A stretch of 63,968 nucleotides of DNA, filler included, from Stramenopiles sp. TOSAG23-2 (taxonomy: Eukaryota), in NCBI GenBank assembly GCA_900128395.1. It is 3 parts of 3 records of this genome, joined end to end, with 100 filler letters (N's around TTAATTAATTAA, not from the genome) between each part and the next. Parts side by side here need not be neighbours in the genome. Positions count along the whole stretch, not along the records: positions 46,315 to 63,968 come from LT649633.1; 2 more parts are not named here. One strand, 5' to 3'. The first letter of the stretch is position 1, and each line of letters starts with the position of its first letter. The notes beneath the pieces are model-generated. The model saw only the letters and a list, made by a program, of their open reading frames with translations, did not search any database and was not told the DNA's origin. Position numbers and translations under genes: made by a program. Of this stretch, positions 55,501 through 63,968 are shown one piece after another.

Positions 55501-56892
55501 ACCATTGCCATTAGCGGATATAACTTTCATGTCCATAAATTAATATTATCTAGTAGAAGTAAATATTTCAAAGAGTTGATCGAAAAAGAGGAACGGGATG
55601 CTGCTGATAGTATTATGGCAGATGAAAAGTTAACGAAAGCGATGAAAGGTAAAAAGGATGACGATGACGAGGATAGTGAATCTGTAATCACTGTGAATGA
55701 CATTGGACCTATCCAATTATTATTATCAGAGATGGACCCGAGGCTAGTTATACGCTTGCTAGAGTATATTTATACCGATACAGTTCGTGGTAGATTAGAC
55801 CCAACATCTTATGAGGTGAAAGATTTACTTGTATTAGCCGATCAATTTTTTTTGCCAAGACTTAGGCAAATCTGTGAATCTGCAATGGCAGGAAAACTTG
55901 GAGCGCTTCAAAGCCAAGAAGATGGTTCTGTGCTACGAGTTCCCTTAACGGTCTCGTCGCAATTAGGGAAGGATCTTGGTCAATATATTAACGCCAGGCG
56001 TTTTGCTGACATTTGCTTCATCGTGCAAGGTCGACCATTGTATGCGCATTCTGTTATTCTAATGTCAGCAAGTAAATATTTTGAAAAAATGCTTGGACCG
56101 ATTTGTAACAAACCTACCCCGTTAAAAGAAATGGAAAAATATGGCCGAAGGTTGAAAGACGATATGATCGAAATCGAGGTTCCTGATACTTATGATTTGT
56201 TTTTAATTGTCTTGGCATTTATGTATACTGGAAATATTGTAAAGCCAGACAACTTAAAGTCCATAGGTAGTAATAGTAACACCAAGAAACCTATGAAAGA
56301 TATTAACACGGCTAAAAACGACAAAAGGACGGTTTATGATCCCATTGAAGTCTTAGGGATATTAATTGCAGGAAAAAGATATGGTCTTCGAAGGTTAGTT
56401 ACTCTTTGTGAAAATTTTTGTTTGCCAACCATGGACACATGTTTAAATATATTAAAAGAATCAGATCGATTAAATGTTTCAGGCTTACGGGATCGTTGTC
56501 TGACATATGTCGCTACAAATATGGACGAATTGAAAGATTCAGCTGAGTTTTCGATGTTGAAAATATCTTCACCACGTTTACTGGAGAAAATTTTAATTCG
56601 CGTAAGAGAAATAGATCGTAGTAGAGATTGGAATGTGAATCGTCAGATGTCAGCTAGAAGAATCATCGACGCAGAGGTTTTGGAAGAAGTGGAACGAAAG
56701 CAAAAGATTGAAGAGGATAAGAAAACCGAACCATTCCCATGGGTAGCTATAATTTCGATTCTTGTTGGATTTGCTGCATTTTTTGTAACAATGGCAAATT
56801 TGAGAAGTGAGATAATGTGGGTTATACCATTTGTGAATATTGCAGGGGTTGCAGCAATATTGTTAGTGGTATTTCGTGCATTGAGTAATTAA
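52546..56892 (+). CDS. RCC1-repeat + tandem BTB protein with two C-terminal TM helices and an unassigned N-terminal domain
   Basis: Repeated RCC1 motifs (YSWGDGADGALG, FSWGRFANGRLG, ICAGESH, YSWGSARCGQLG, ISCGGWH). Two BTBs (FHVHKLILSSRSKYF; YAHSVILMSASKYF). Hydrophobic C-terminal hairpin. Confidence 0.9.
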   Translation: MDGSKEEYSDSEVNEEQYDEDIDFVDANTINTKVNSMTISTESLLKELHVARKSLDQTLTHMIRSKNKGSKINRKETSQWIDNVKKIVSNASSKDEYIKTVIGTLKETNTGKMDQKTEDAIKMDDEATNPSTKPIPWRWLEKTVYTKKKPKRFNAEVLELMNKQAKKDVERDLFIINGVDVPGTIGYDNLLIAIQATVEGFDPTFNDDESFKIATDILRFASRTQSSGAAYEAMTYIFSNQRLCTFLPESQIAPPIIIDIGIGKWGDDWGLGVSLRAASVYKVAGTKALENASNDEEIQQATWFHMEAIYDQTHCLNAIEAKQTNTYNAAQLRATVAFAQFGAAGLNKKNPRNLEGDDSDDKIEEENEKDSDFDTDSNDDDDDDDDDEDQDVIQEYDEDAEDDEKDENYESIKNKFRKDADPLYRFAGLKLADMTAGTIPTESNASTNGDDKEENRIVDTINEVYSFGRNESGMLGMEDNRGRLRPSPINFCGVVELTRVSKVSCSWYHSVALTDVGLLYSWGDGADGALGHRNRDNVLQPRLVEWFTEQMVAAKDIHLDDDDLDENDEAGQEEAMGKRGIDPILLIDVACGADKIGAHTVACSTRGRVYAWGAAGATGHRITVSITAPRIIDHPNVIRSKIKSVAAGGSFCLGLSMKGSVFSWGRFANGRLGHGILPSARRQKIRSLSRRQVPRFLLFPKRIDRLKGTRISSICAGESHAHAVDEDGNLYSWGSARCGQLGLGETGDQLFPVKVEEFRIENGALITDDDVVIKHVCAGATHSMAVTVEGDLYTWGGNGGAMLGLSADHHGDTAVVRSSGALVKASRYIDDAEDDEGASNEKLREESAWLRPRLVTMFNGSQKKIVDISAGVEHSVCLSSDGMAYIWGGGLDNDVDLFAENVNVGTAKALGVLGDGKLRSIEPEPTLLEAAEFDGVAQKNIRAISCGGWHTVLVTQGTHLGNQMRKPMKAGMGVKAEIGTFASDLTIAISGYNFHVHKLILSSRSKYFKELIEKEERDAADSIMADEKLTKAMKGKKDDDDEDSESVITVNDIGPIQLLLSEMDPRLVIRLLEYIYTDTVRGRLDPTSYEVKDLLVLADQFFLPRLRQICESAMAGKLGALQSQEDGSVLRVPLTVSSQLGKDLGQYINARRFADICFIVQGRPLYAHSVILMSASKYFEKMLGPICNKPTPLKEMEKYGRRLKDDMIEIEVPDTYDLFLIVLAFMYTGNIVKPDNLKSIGSNSNTKKPMKDINTAKNDKRTVYDPIEVLGILIAGKRYGLRRLVTLCENFCLPTMDTCLNILKESDRLNVSGLRDRCLTYVATNMDELKDSAEFSMLKISSPRLLEKILIRVREIDRSRDWNVNRQMSARRIIDAEVLEEVERKQKIEEDKKTEPFPWVAIISILVGFAAFFVTMANLRSEIMWVIPFVNIAGVAAILLVVFRALSN

Positions 56893-57526
56893 ATTTTTTT
56901 ACATGAGATGACGTATCATTATCAATATATAATACATGGCCCGTTCAACGAGTGCAGGAAGGATAGAAACCTACTCGTGCTTGTGGAGTATTAGTTTGCA
57001 GACGTGCATTACAGCTTCACTATAGTAGGATACAGAATATTTATTCTCGAGATTGAGTATTGAGCATATTATTTTCCATGAGAAGTAAAACTATTATAAC
57101 TTACTTCTCGTAGATTTTAACCAATATAATAGTACTATTAATACATCATATATAATATGATATATATCTTATCTTATGCATATCATATTTCATAGTTTTT
57201 AATTTTTTTATTTTTTTAAAAAATATATATATATCACATATATATATATATAATATTTTAAAATATGAACCTCTTCACGTGCGAAGTCATATATTATAAT
57301 GCTTCGTCGCAATATATTACTCTTATACAATACGAAATTTATATATATATATATATTATACATATGATATATAATATATATAATATAAAATATACGAAAG
57401 TATATATTATACGAAGTATATACTGTTGTGTGTTCATAAATCAAAATACATACTTGTTGTATATTATATATATATTATATATACAATCATCTGTTCATCT
57501 ACCGTTACTATTGCTTAAACTACTAT

Positions 57527-57769
57527 TTAATGATGATGGTCATCATGACCACCACCAGCATGCGGATCCCATACTGGAATACCACCAATTTCATTCAAAA
57601 CGTAACCACCTTGGATATGTTCGTCATGGTCGTTTGAACCAAATATAGCGTCAAATGCTAAATATCCAACAAATATTGGAATTGCTATACGTAAACCAGG
57701 AAATGCCGCACGATGACCACGTGAAATCAATGGATGGCTTCTCCATAAGTCTTGATTTTGAAATACCAT
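57527..57769 (-). CDS. NDUFB3: Complex I subunit B12
   Basis: WRSHP...AFPGLRIAIPIFVGY motif, single TM, His-rich tail; 80 aa. Confidence 0.85.
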   Translation of the reverse strand: MVFQNQDLWRSHPLISRGHRAAFPGLRIAIPIFVGYLAFDAIFGSNDHDEHIQGGYVLNEIGGIPVWDPHAGGGHDDHHH

Positions 57770-58461
57770 AATTTCTTTTACAGGCTACAAAAATAGTACT
57801 ATTCGTAAAGAAATGTTGTCTATGTATATGTATGTATGTATTTATCTGCATATGTCTGTATACATATATATATAATATATAATTATACTATTATAAATTA
57901 TTATCTTCATTCATTTTCGATTCTATCTGTCGTCTGCACGTCTGCTGGTCTGGCTGTGTTAATTTATTACGGCCGCTACAGAATACAAGGCTTATTGTGA
58001 TTAATACAAATATATTAGCTATAGATAGGCCTCTCTCTCGTCAGACAATACTAGCAACTCACTATAAGCATTTACCATTGATTTTTGCAAGATATATTAT
58101 ATAGGACTCACATTATATGCCACTAAGAGGATAGCTACCCAAGTATAAAGTAGTTAACGTTGTGGTGATGTTGCTGCTATTAATTATAGGAAATACATAT
58201 TTTATTATTATATGATATGCACATAGTGCCATATCATAGTAAAATATATTTTTTAAAAAAATAGTATTTATTAAAATAGACTATAAACACGCTTCTCCTC
58301 TCCTCATTAAGGCTAAATTATCTTTTATTTAACCCAAGTTAGCGTGTACTAGATTTTATACATTGATGTATGAAGTGTAACATGTGCATTTTCCTTCTCG
58401 CGTGCCTTTTTTGTAATGTTCTGTAGTTGCTATGTTTTTTTACATATATATATTCAAATAT

Positions 58462-59697
58462 TTATTTATAAATGACTGCATTGTTAGAATTCCTTCCGCT
58501 TGGTGATTTATTTGATTGCGGTGACTTTCTCGACCTCAAATGATCACCTTGGCTCATTGATGCTAAATCTTTATCTGAAATAGACATATTTCCAACACCA
58601 TAAGACATGCCATTCATATTGTTGCTACCACTTGAACCAGATTTGCTACTTGATTTTTTATTTTGTTTCGCACGCATTTCATCACCTAAACGCCACATGA
58701 TAGGTTGCATTTGTTGTAAGTAATGTTGTTGAGGACCAATCACACTTCCTGGTCGACAGACGCGTAACCAACCAATAATTTCCTCTGCAGTAAAGCCATA
58801 ATGTTTCATCGCCCAGCACCCAATGCAAGTTCCAGTACGACCTAAGCCAGCTTTGCAATGTACTGCAATTGCATTTGGCTCTGTTTCAAATGAATCAATT
58901 ACACGATGTAATAAATGATCTGGTGGTGTACTACCATCCAAATAATAAAATTCTTTGTGTCTGATGCCAGCACGTATGAATCGTCCTTCGTCGTAATACT
59001 TCTTGTTCAATCTTACTACTAAACCTACATTCTTTTTTTTGAAATATGGAATATAATCTTCAGGTGTCAACGTCAAATACCCTTCTGCACTTGAATTATG
59101 GGTATTATGTGGACCTGCAAACGCACAAATTTTATTATATGCAATCCAACTTAAATCTCCATTTTCAACTTTTTCAAAATGTTCATATTCATCACAATCA
59201 AACATATCGAACGAGAAAAATCCAGTTTCCCGTGCTTTGTAAATACCACGCAATACCCCCAAGATGGTCAATTTGTACGTGCAAACGCATGGCGATGCAT
59301 CATGAAATGGAGGAAATGGCGGATATGCATCTTTGAAAGGCGCAAATGCTTCCTCAGGTGTCAATCCTAAATACAACATGGAATAAGCACATATCATAGT
59401 CACACTATTTGTTCTTCTATGGCTATGTGTACTACTGTAATAATAGATTTTTTTATCCGCTAAACGTCTATCATTTAATTTTGAGTTAAGCTTTTGGCAA
59501 AAGCGAAACAGTTGCCCCGTATTCAATGGACCGAAATCCAAGAAAAAATTCCAATAAACGAGCTCATTGTCAGTGGAAAAGTAGTGTGCTTTTGCCGTTT
59601 GTCGTGGATTAGCACGTAGTGCTACATAATAGACACGACCAGGTATAATTTCATATGGCCTTTCAGCACTTTGCGATGATTGCATACGTGATGACAT
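58462..59697 (-). CDS. CDC14: Dual-specificity phosphatase Cdc14
   Basis: DFGPLN, YEHFEKVENGDLSWI, VRLNKKYYD, AVHCKAGLGRTG, RPGSVIGPQQ. Confidence 0.98.
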   Translation of the reverse strand: MSSRMQSSQSAERPYEIIPGRVYYVALRANPRQTAKAHYFSTDNELVYWNFFLDFGPLNTGQLFRFCQKLNSKLNDRRLADKKIYYYSSTHSHRRTNSVTMICAYSMLYLGLTPEEAFAPFKDAYPPFPPFHDASPCVCTYKLTILGVLRGIYKARETGFFSFDMFDCDEYEHFEKVENGDLSWIAYNKICAFAGPHNTHNSSAEGYLTLTPEDYIPYFKKKNVGLVVRLNKKYYDEGRFIRAGIRHKEFYYLDGSTPPDHLLHRVIDSFETEPNAIAVHCKAGLGRTGTCIGCWAMKHYGFTAEEIIGWLRVCRPGSVIGPQQHYLQQMQPIMWRLGDEMRAKQNKKSSSKSGSSGSNNMNGMSYGVGNMSISDKDLASMSQGDHLRSRKSPQSNKSPSGRNSNNAVIYK

Positions 59698-60498
59698 ATT
59701 TCTGATCTTTTCTTTTGCTTATTGTTTGTATGATGATGCTAATGCTAATATGTTGAATCTATTTCTTTCTACTTGATCTAAAATAAATAAAAAGTAAGTG
59801 TTGCTTGGAACAGAATTGAACTATACTAAATAAGGTAACGATATATATATATTATATTTAAAATAACAATATTATCAATTTTTTTTGACCGTTTCTAATT
59901 AAATATTAATATTTTATTGAGAATGATATATATAATATGATATATATTATTTTGAAAAATGAATTACAAAAATAAAATAAGCACGGAAACGTTTATATGA
60001 ATGAATGAATCAATGTATATATATATAAGTTACTATTATGAAGTAAACTGTTGTATAATATTTGTCAAATATCTCTCTATTCTATGTACTTTTAGTTGAT
60101 GTTTAGTAATATTATACATGTATTATTATCATCTTATTCTTCTGTTCTGAAAATATGGTTCTAGTATGGAATTACCATTACAACTCGATACATTTTTTGA
60201 AATTTTTTATGCAGATAGAGATCAATGTAACTGTGGTGAATAGGCACATCATTTTTTAACTGACAAAATATTACATCTGCACATCTATCCAAATAGTGAG
60301 GATAGTCGGAACACACGTGCACACGACGCTCATAGACTAGTTAGGAGCTAGAGCTCTTAGCAATAAACCCTATTCCTAACCACAAAATTTTATCAGAAAT
60401 AGCTATATACTACCAGGTATAGCTTTTTAACCTATTATATCGAATATAGAAAAATAATAAAATTATTTTATTTATAACTAGAGATTCCCCCACTTCGA

Positions 60499-61135
60499 TG
60501 GAGGGGGAGTATTTTGTATGGCAACTGTTTTAGAATACTCTTTTCGTCTCTTGTTCCTATACACATCGATGTTATGTGTTACAATGTTTTTTTATAATGT
60601 TTAATGAATCTGCATTTTTAAACTTAGAAAATTCTTTTTCATACTCATTGACTCTATTTATTAATGTATTACCAGCCCGGGATAAGCCTACGTTTTTTTT
60701 TCCAAATTTATTAATGGCAATGTAAAGCTGTATTTCCTTTCACATCTTGCATATCAAGAGTTGCTTTAAAACGAATCAATAACTTGACAGCTTTAGGATG
60801 TGATTTACGCGCTGCCCAAATAAGTGGAGTGGCTTTTGTAGCTTTAAGAAACGAATCCGGCGATGTGCCGTTCTTCAGCCATTTATACAACATTTTTAAA
60901 TTTCCTGCTTCCGCAGCACGGTATATATCTGCCATTTTTCTGTTTCTTATATATGTATGTATACGATGTGGAGGGGGAGTATTTTGTATGGCAACTGTTT
61001 TAGAATACTCTTTTCGTCTCTTGTTCCTATACACATCGATGTTATGTGTTACAATGTTTTTTTATAATGTTTAATGAATCTGCATTTTTAAACTTAGAAA
61101 ATTCTTTTTCATACTCATTGACTCTATTTATTAAT
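60499..61135. repeat. 167-bp exact direct repeat (60499-60665 and 60969-61135) flanking an ankyrin fragment
   Basis: tggagggggagtattttg...ctctatttattaat occurs twice, offset 470. Confidence 0.95.
60711..60935 (-). pseudogene. Truncated ankyrin-repeat gene (about 2.3 repeats)
   Basis: MADIYRAAEAGNL...TPLIWAARKSHPKAVKLLI...DVKGNTALHCH* stops in the middle of a repeat; no convincing splice donor seen. Confidence 0.65.
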
Positions 61136-61555
61136 ATACATGTTGAGTAATGATTTCTATTATTTTTCTACAACCGCTTTTTATTTTTACTGTTGATATG
61201 AGTTATAAGTTAAGGGGTCTCGTACGGAATCGTTCGTGATGAGGGTGGGAGGCGGAAGTAGGTCCCTTAAAAAAAGCTATCTACTATTTATAACCTAATA
61301 TATATTCGCACTTATGTACCAGAAATAAAATTATTATCCTTGTGGTACACATTAAAATTGATGAAAAAATATATATATTATTCTTTCAATAGCACAATAC
61401 ATTGGTCTAAAAGAAATTCTTTATGTACTATAAAATAAAAGGGAAAAGAATGTTTGGTTATTGAATTGACATTACTAGTACTATTCTCTTTCTCCCTTCT
61501 CTTTTTTTTCATTCTTTTTTTTTTGATAATTTTTTGCAAGAGTGAAAATATTAAA

Positions 61556-63763
61556 ATGATTAAAAATATATTCTTGAAACATCAATATCGAACATTTGTA
61601 AAATATAATACAATTAAAACATACAAATATAATAATAATAATAATCATGCTGTAATATCAACAATTATTTGTAAAAAATTTTCTAATACAAAAAATAATA
61701 TTAATGCCAAAAAGAAAAAAAATAATATAAAGTATGAAGCTAATAAACAGAAAAGGAAAGATCAAACAATATTAATTGAAAGACTTAAACAAAAATGCCC
61801 AGCATCATTAAATTTATTAGGGGAAATGGCTATATTAGAAACCGTGCAACCTTCACGATATAATCATAATACATTTATTGATGGCTTAAATAATGCACGT
61901 TACTTTTTTGAACAAGTTGAACTAGTGAAGGATGATGATGGTAATAATAATAATGATAAAAGCAATGTAAAAGATCAGGAAATGGAAGAATCAGATAGGA
62001 AACTTTATGATGAAATTATCGCGGAAAAAGTTGGTAGGTATGTGGATAAAGATGTGACGGCGTTAGAAACAATCATAACCCCTGAACAAGCTAATGATGA
62101 TAATGATGATGTAGATATGGGTGGCGATATTGATAAAGATGAAAATGTTGTGAACTTAGAAACAAGGCACTACCGCAATTCAAGATATATGTTAGGTGCA
62201 TTGGATTTTGTACAAGCAATATCAATGGTCAGCGACAATGTGAATAAATTACCAAAGTTAAATGTAAACCAAAAGCTAATTGATAGAAGCTATAGTTATT
62301 TCACTGAAGCTGCTGAACTAGGTCAAGCCGATGCATTGTTTCTATTGAGCTATTTTCACCACAAAGGCTTTCAACCTTTAAATATTGAACCAAATACTGA
62401 GAAATCTGTGGAATATCTTGTCGAAGCAATTCAGAAGGAACATGCTGGTGCAATTTTATATGCAGCGCAACGATATCGTTTTGGTGATTCAGACCTGGTT
62501 GAATTTGATAAAGATGGTGCACTTGAGCACTTTCAATATTTGTTAAAAAATGGATCGGAAGATGGATGGGCAATGTTTTTCATAGGTGATGATTTTGGTT
62601 CTGTTTATAACCAGAAGAGTAGTTTAAGAAGAAGGCCAAAACGTAGGGAAGACAGGAATAAAGTATATCCAAACTCAGCATTAAAATGGTATTTACGCTG
62701 TTTAAAAATTCAAGAAACAGAAATATTAGGTGATACAGAAGCAGATGCATTAATTAGAGACGACAATCAAGGAAGTAAACTTGAAGATGATACTGATTTA
62801 GAAAATTCCAAGAACATTGCAGATTTAGACAACGAATTGGTAGAAAAAGCACGTTTATATTTATTTGATGAAAACGAATTTCGATATAAAGATGATGATT
62901 TAGTAACAAATACAAATAGAAAGCGTGTATCTCTTGGTGCTAGTGTACACGAACCTTCTCCACCACTTTTATATGGTTGTGGCCGTCGTTTGCTAAATCA
63001 ATTGGTAGCTGGCGACACACTAGGCAAAGCAAAGTCATTGTTACGCGCTGGTATACATTATTACAATGGTTTTGGTGTTGACAAAGATGCAGATAAAGCA
63101 TTAGATTTATGGCAACGTGCTATAACATTGGATCCATGGAATGCAACTATAATGGAAGCGATACGCAATAGCGATGCAGATAAAGAAGTTCGTTCAAATA
63201 TGATTATCAGAATGTCACAATTAGCGAAAGATTCTTGGGAAATGCCATTTCCACAGCATTGGTACTTCGAAGCACTAAATACACCTACAATTATAAACAA
63301 TGATTTTGAATTTGATTTTTTTCTGGAAAGTACTCAAATTAATCATGGCGACGAAGAAAAATTACCAGAAAAAGTTGAAAGTGAAAATAAACCAAAGATA
63401 GGATTTGTATTAGTAACAACTGGTTGGGCATCCATGGCATGGATTGAGGAACATGGTATAACGAATCGACTTGGTGCATACCAGTTACGGAGACGTTTCG
63501 AAAGATATGCAAATCATAAAAAAAGCAATAAAAAGGAACATGAATGTTTATATGCTGCTGTTGATTTGAAAGCATATCCAAATTTTTTGGAAAAATATGG
63601 TTATACAATCGATCAATGTCCAACTATAATATGTGTTTACAATGGAGAAATTCATTCTGAATATGGTGGATTGCCTGATATTAAATTTGATCATTTAGTA
63701 AAACATATGAAACGATGGGCACCAAGGTTTAGTGATTTAAATGATTTAGTTCGTAGAATATAA
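61556..63763 (+). CDS. Sel1-like repeat protein with a C-terminal redox-inactive thioredoxin-like domain, probable mitochondrial presequence
   Basis: Sel1 motifs (YFTEAAELGQADALFLL, GIHYYNGFGVDKDADKALDLWQRA). Trx-like FVLVTTGWAS...AAVD...PTII..YNGE. Basic N-terminus from ATG 61556. Confidence 0.75.
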   Translation: MIKNIFLKHQYRTFVKYNTIKTYKYNNNNNHAVISTIICKKFSNTKNNINAKKKKNNIKYEANKQKRKDQTILIERLKQKCPASLNLLGEMAILETVQPSRYNHNTFIDGLNNARYFFEQVELVKDDDGNNNNDKSNVKDQEMEESDRKLYDEIIAEKVGRYVDKDVTALETIITPEQANDDNDDVDMGGDIDKDENVVNLETRHYRNSRYMLGALDFVQAISMVSDNVNKLPKLNVNQKLIDRSYSYFTEAAELGQADALFLLSYFHHKGFQPLNIEPNTEKSVEYLVEAIQKEHAGAILYAAQRYRFGDSDLVEFDKDGALEHFQYLLKNGSEDGWAMFFIGDDFGSVYNQKSSLRRRPKRREDRNKVYPNSALKWYLRCLKIQETEILGDTEADALIRDDNQGSKLEDDTDLENSKNIADLDNELVEKARLYLFDENEFRYKDDDLVTNTNRKRVSLGASVHEPSPPLLYGCGRRLLNQLVAGDTLGKAKSLLRAGIHYYNGFGVDKDADKALDLWQRAITLDPWNATIMEAIRNSDADKEVRSNMIIRMSQLAKDSWEMPFPQHWYFEALNTPTIINNDFEFDFFLESTQINHGDEEKLPEKVESENKPKIGFVLVTTGWASMAWIEEHGITNRLGAYQLRRRFERYANHKKSNKKEHECLYAAVDLKAYPNFLEKYGYTIDQCPTIICVYNGEIHSEYGGLPDIKFDHLVKHMKRWAPRFSDLNDLVRRI

Positions 63764-63968
63764 AAAAAAAAACATATTATTTTTTTACGAGCGTATATTT
63801 TTTTATAATTTAATTTACGCATTAATTTATTGTTTTAATTTACTCATGATAATTCCTACTCTTCAAAAGAATACAAATAACTGTGAAATAAATCTACTCG
63901 TATCTCACACTAATGTGTTGATATTCCCATAATAGAGAAAACCAATGAAGGTAAATAGATGGTATCAA

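Noticed and set aside
57208..57648. Ile/Tyr-rich ORFs
   Set aside because: Products of (TA)n low-complexity 3' intergenic sequence.
19778..59697. Cell-cycle gene cluster (PRIM2, NCAPH, CDC14)
   Set aside because: The three genes lie on three different contigs separated by artificial linkers.
17450..61135. Two unrelated duplications both 167 bp long, suggesting a nucleosome-sized mechanism
   Set aside because: Only two cases with different geometry (tandem versus spaced); coincidence or assembly effects are sufficient.

Overview
AT-rich, gene-dense, intron-poor eukaryotic DNA using the standard code with GT-AG introns and poly-Asn tracts. The gene content suggests a flagellated heterotrophic protist, possibly a stramenopile (inference only). 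The window is not contiguous: two artificial N44-TTAATTAATTAA-N44 linkers (23090-23189, 46215-46314) join at least three contigs, and there is a 19-N gap with a duplicated flank at ~21.85 kb. About 22 protein genes are visible. Recognisable genes include PRIM2, condensin kleisin NCAPH, Der/EngA GTPase, CDC14, NDUFB3, RNF121-like, a PDK/BCKDK kinase and several transporters. The most striking items are: (1) a large secreted precursor at 6639-11040, split by a single extra A, with helical repeats, RRLL sites, a cationic antimicrobial-peptide-like block, a pre-toxin-TG-like hairpin motif and a PAN/Apple domain; (2) a likely p2/AMTP2 subunit of the eukaryotic DNA 6mA methyltransferase complex; (3) unusual fusions (DEP-DEP-START-like-AGC kinase, GT4 + 2OG-Fe oxygenase, RIIa-like + guanylate kinase, IQ/p25alpha/WW/B-box); (4) a decayed Helitron, a TSD-flanked short retroposon-like insert and MITE-like repeats; (5) a recurrent TACC(T/A)GGTA intergenic motif. 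All family calls come from recognising motifs by eye; no database searches were run.
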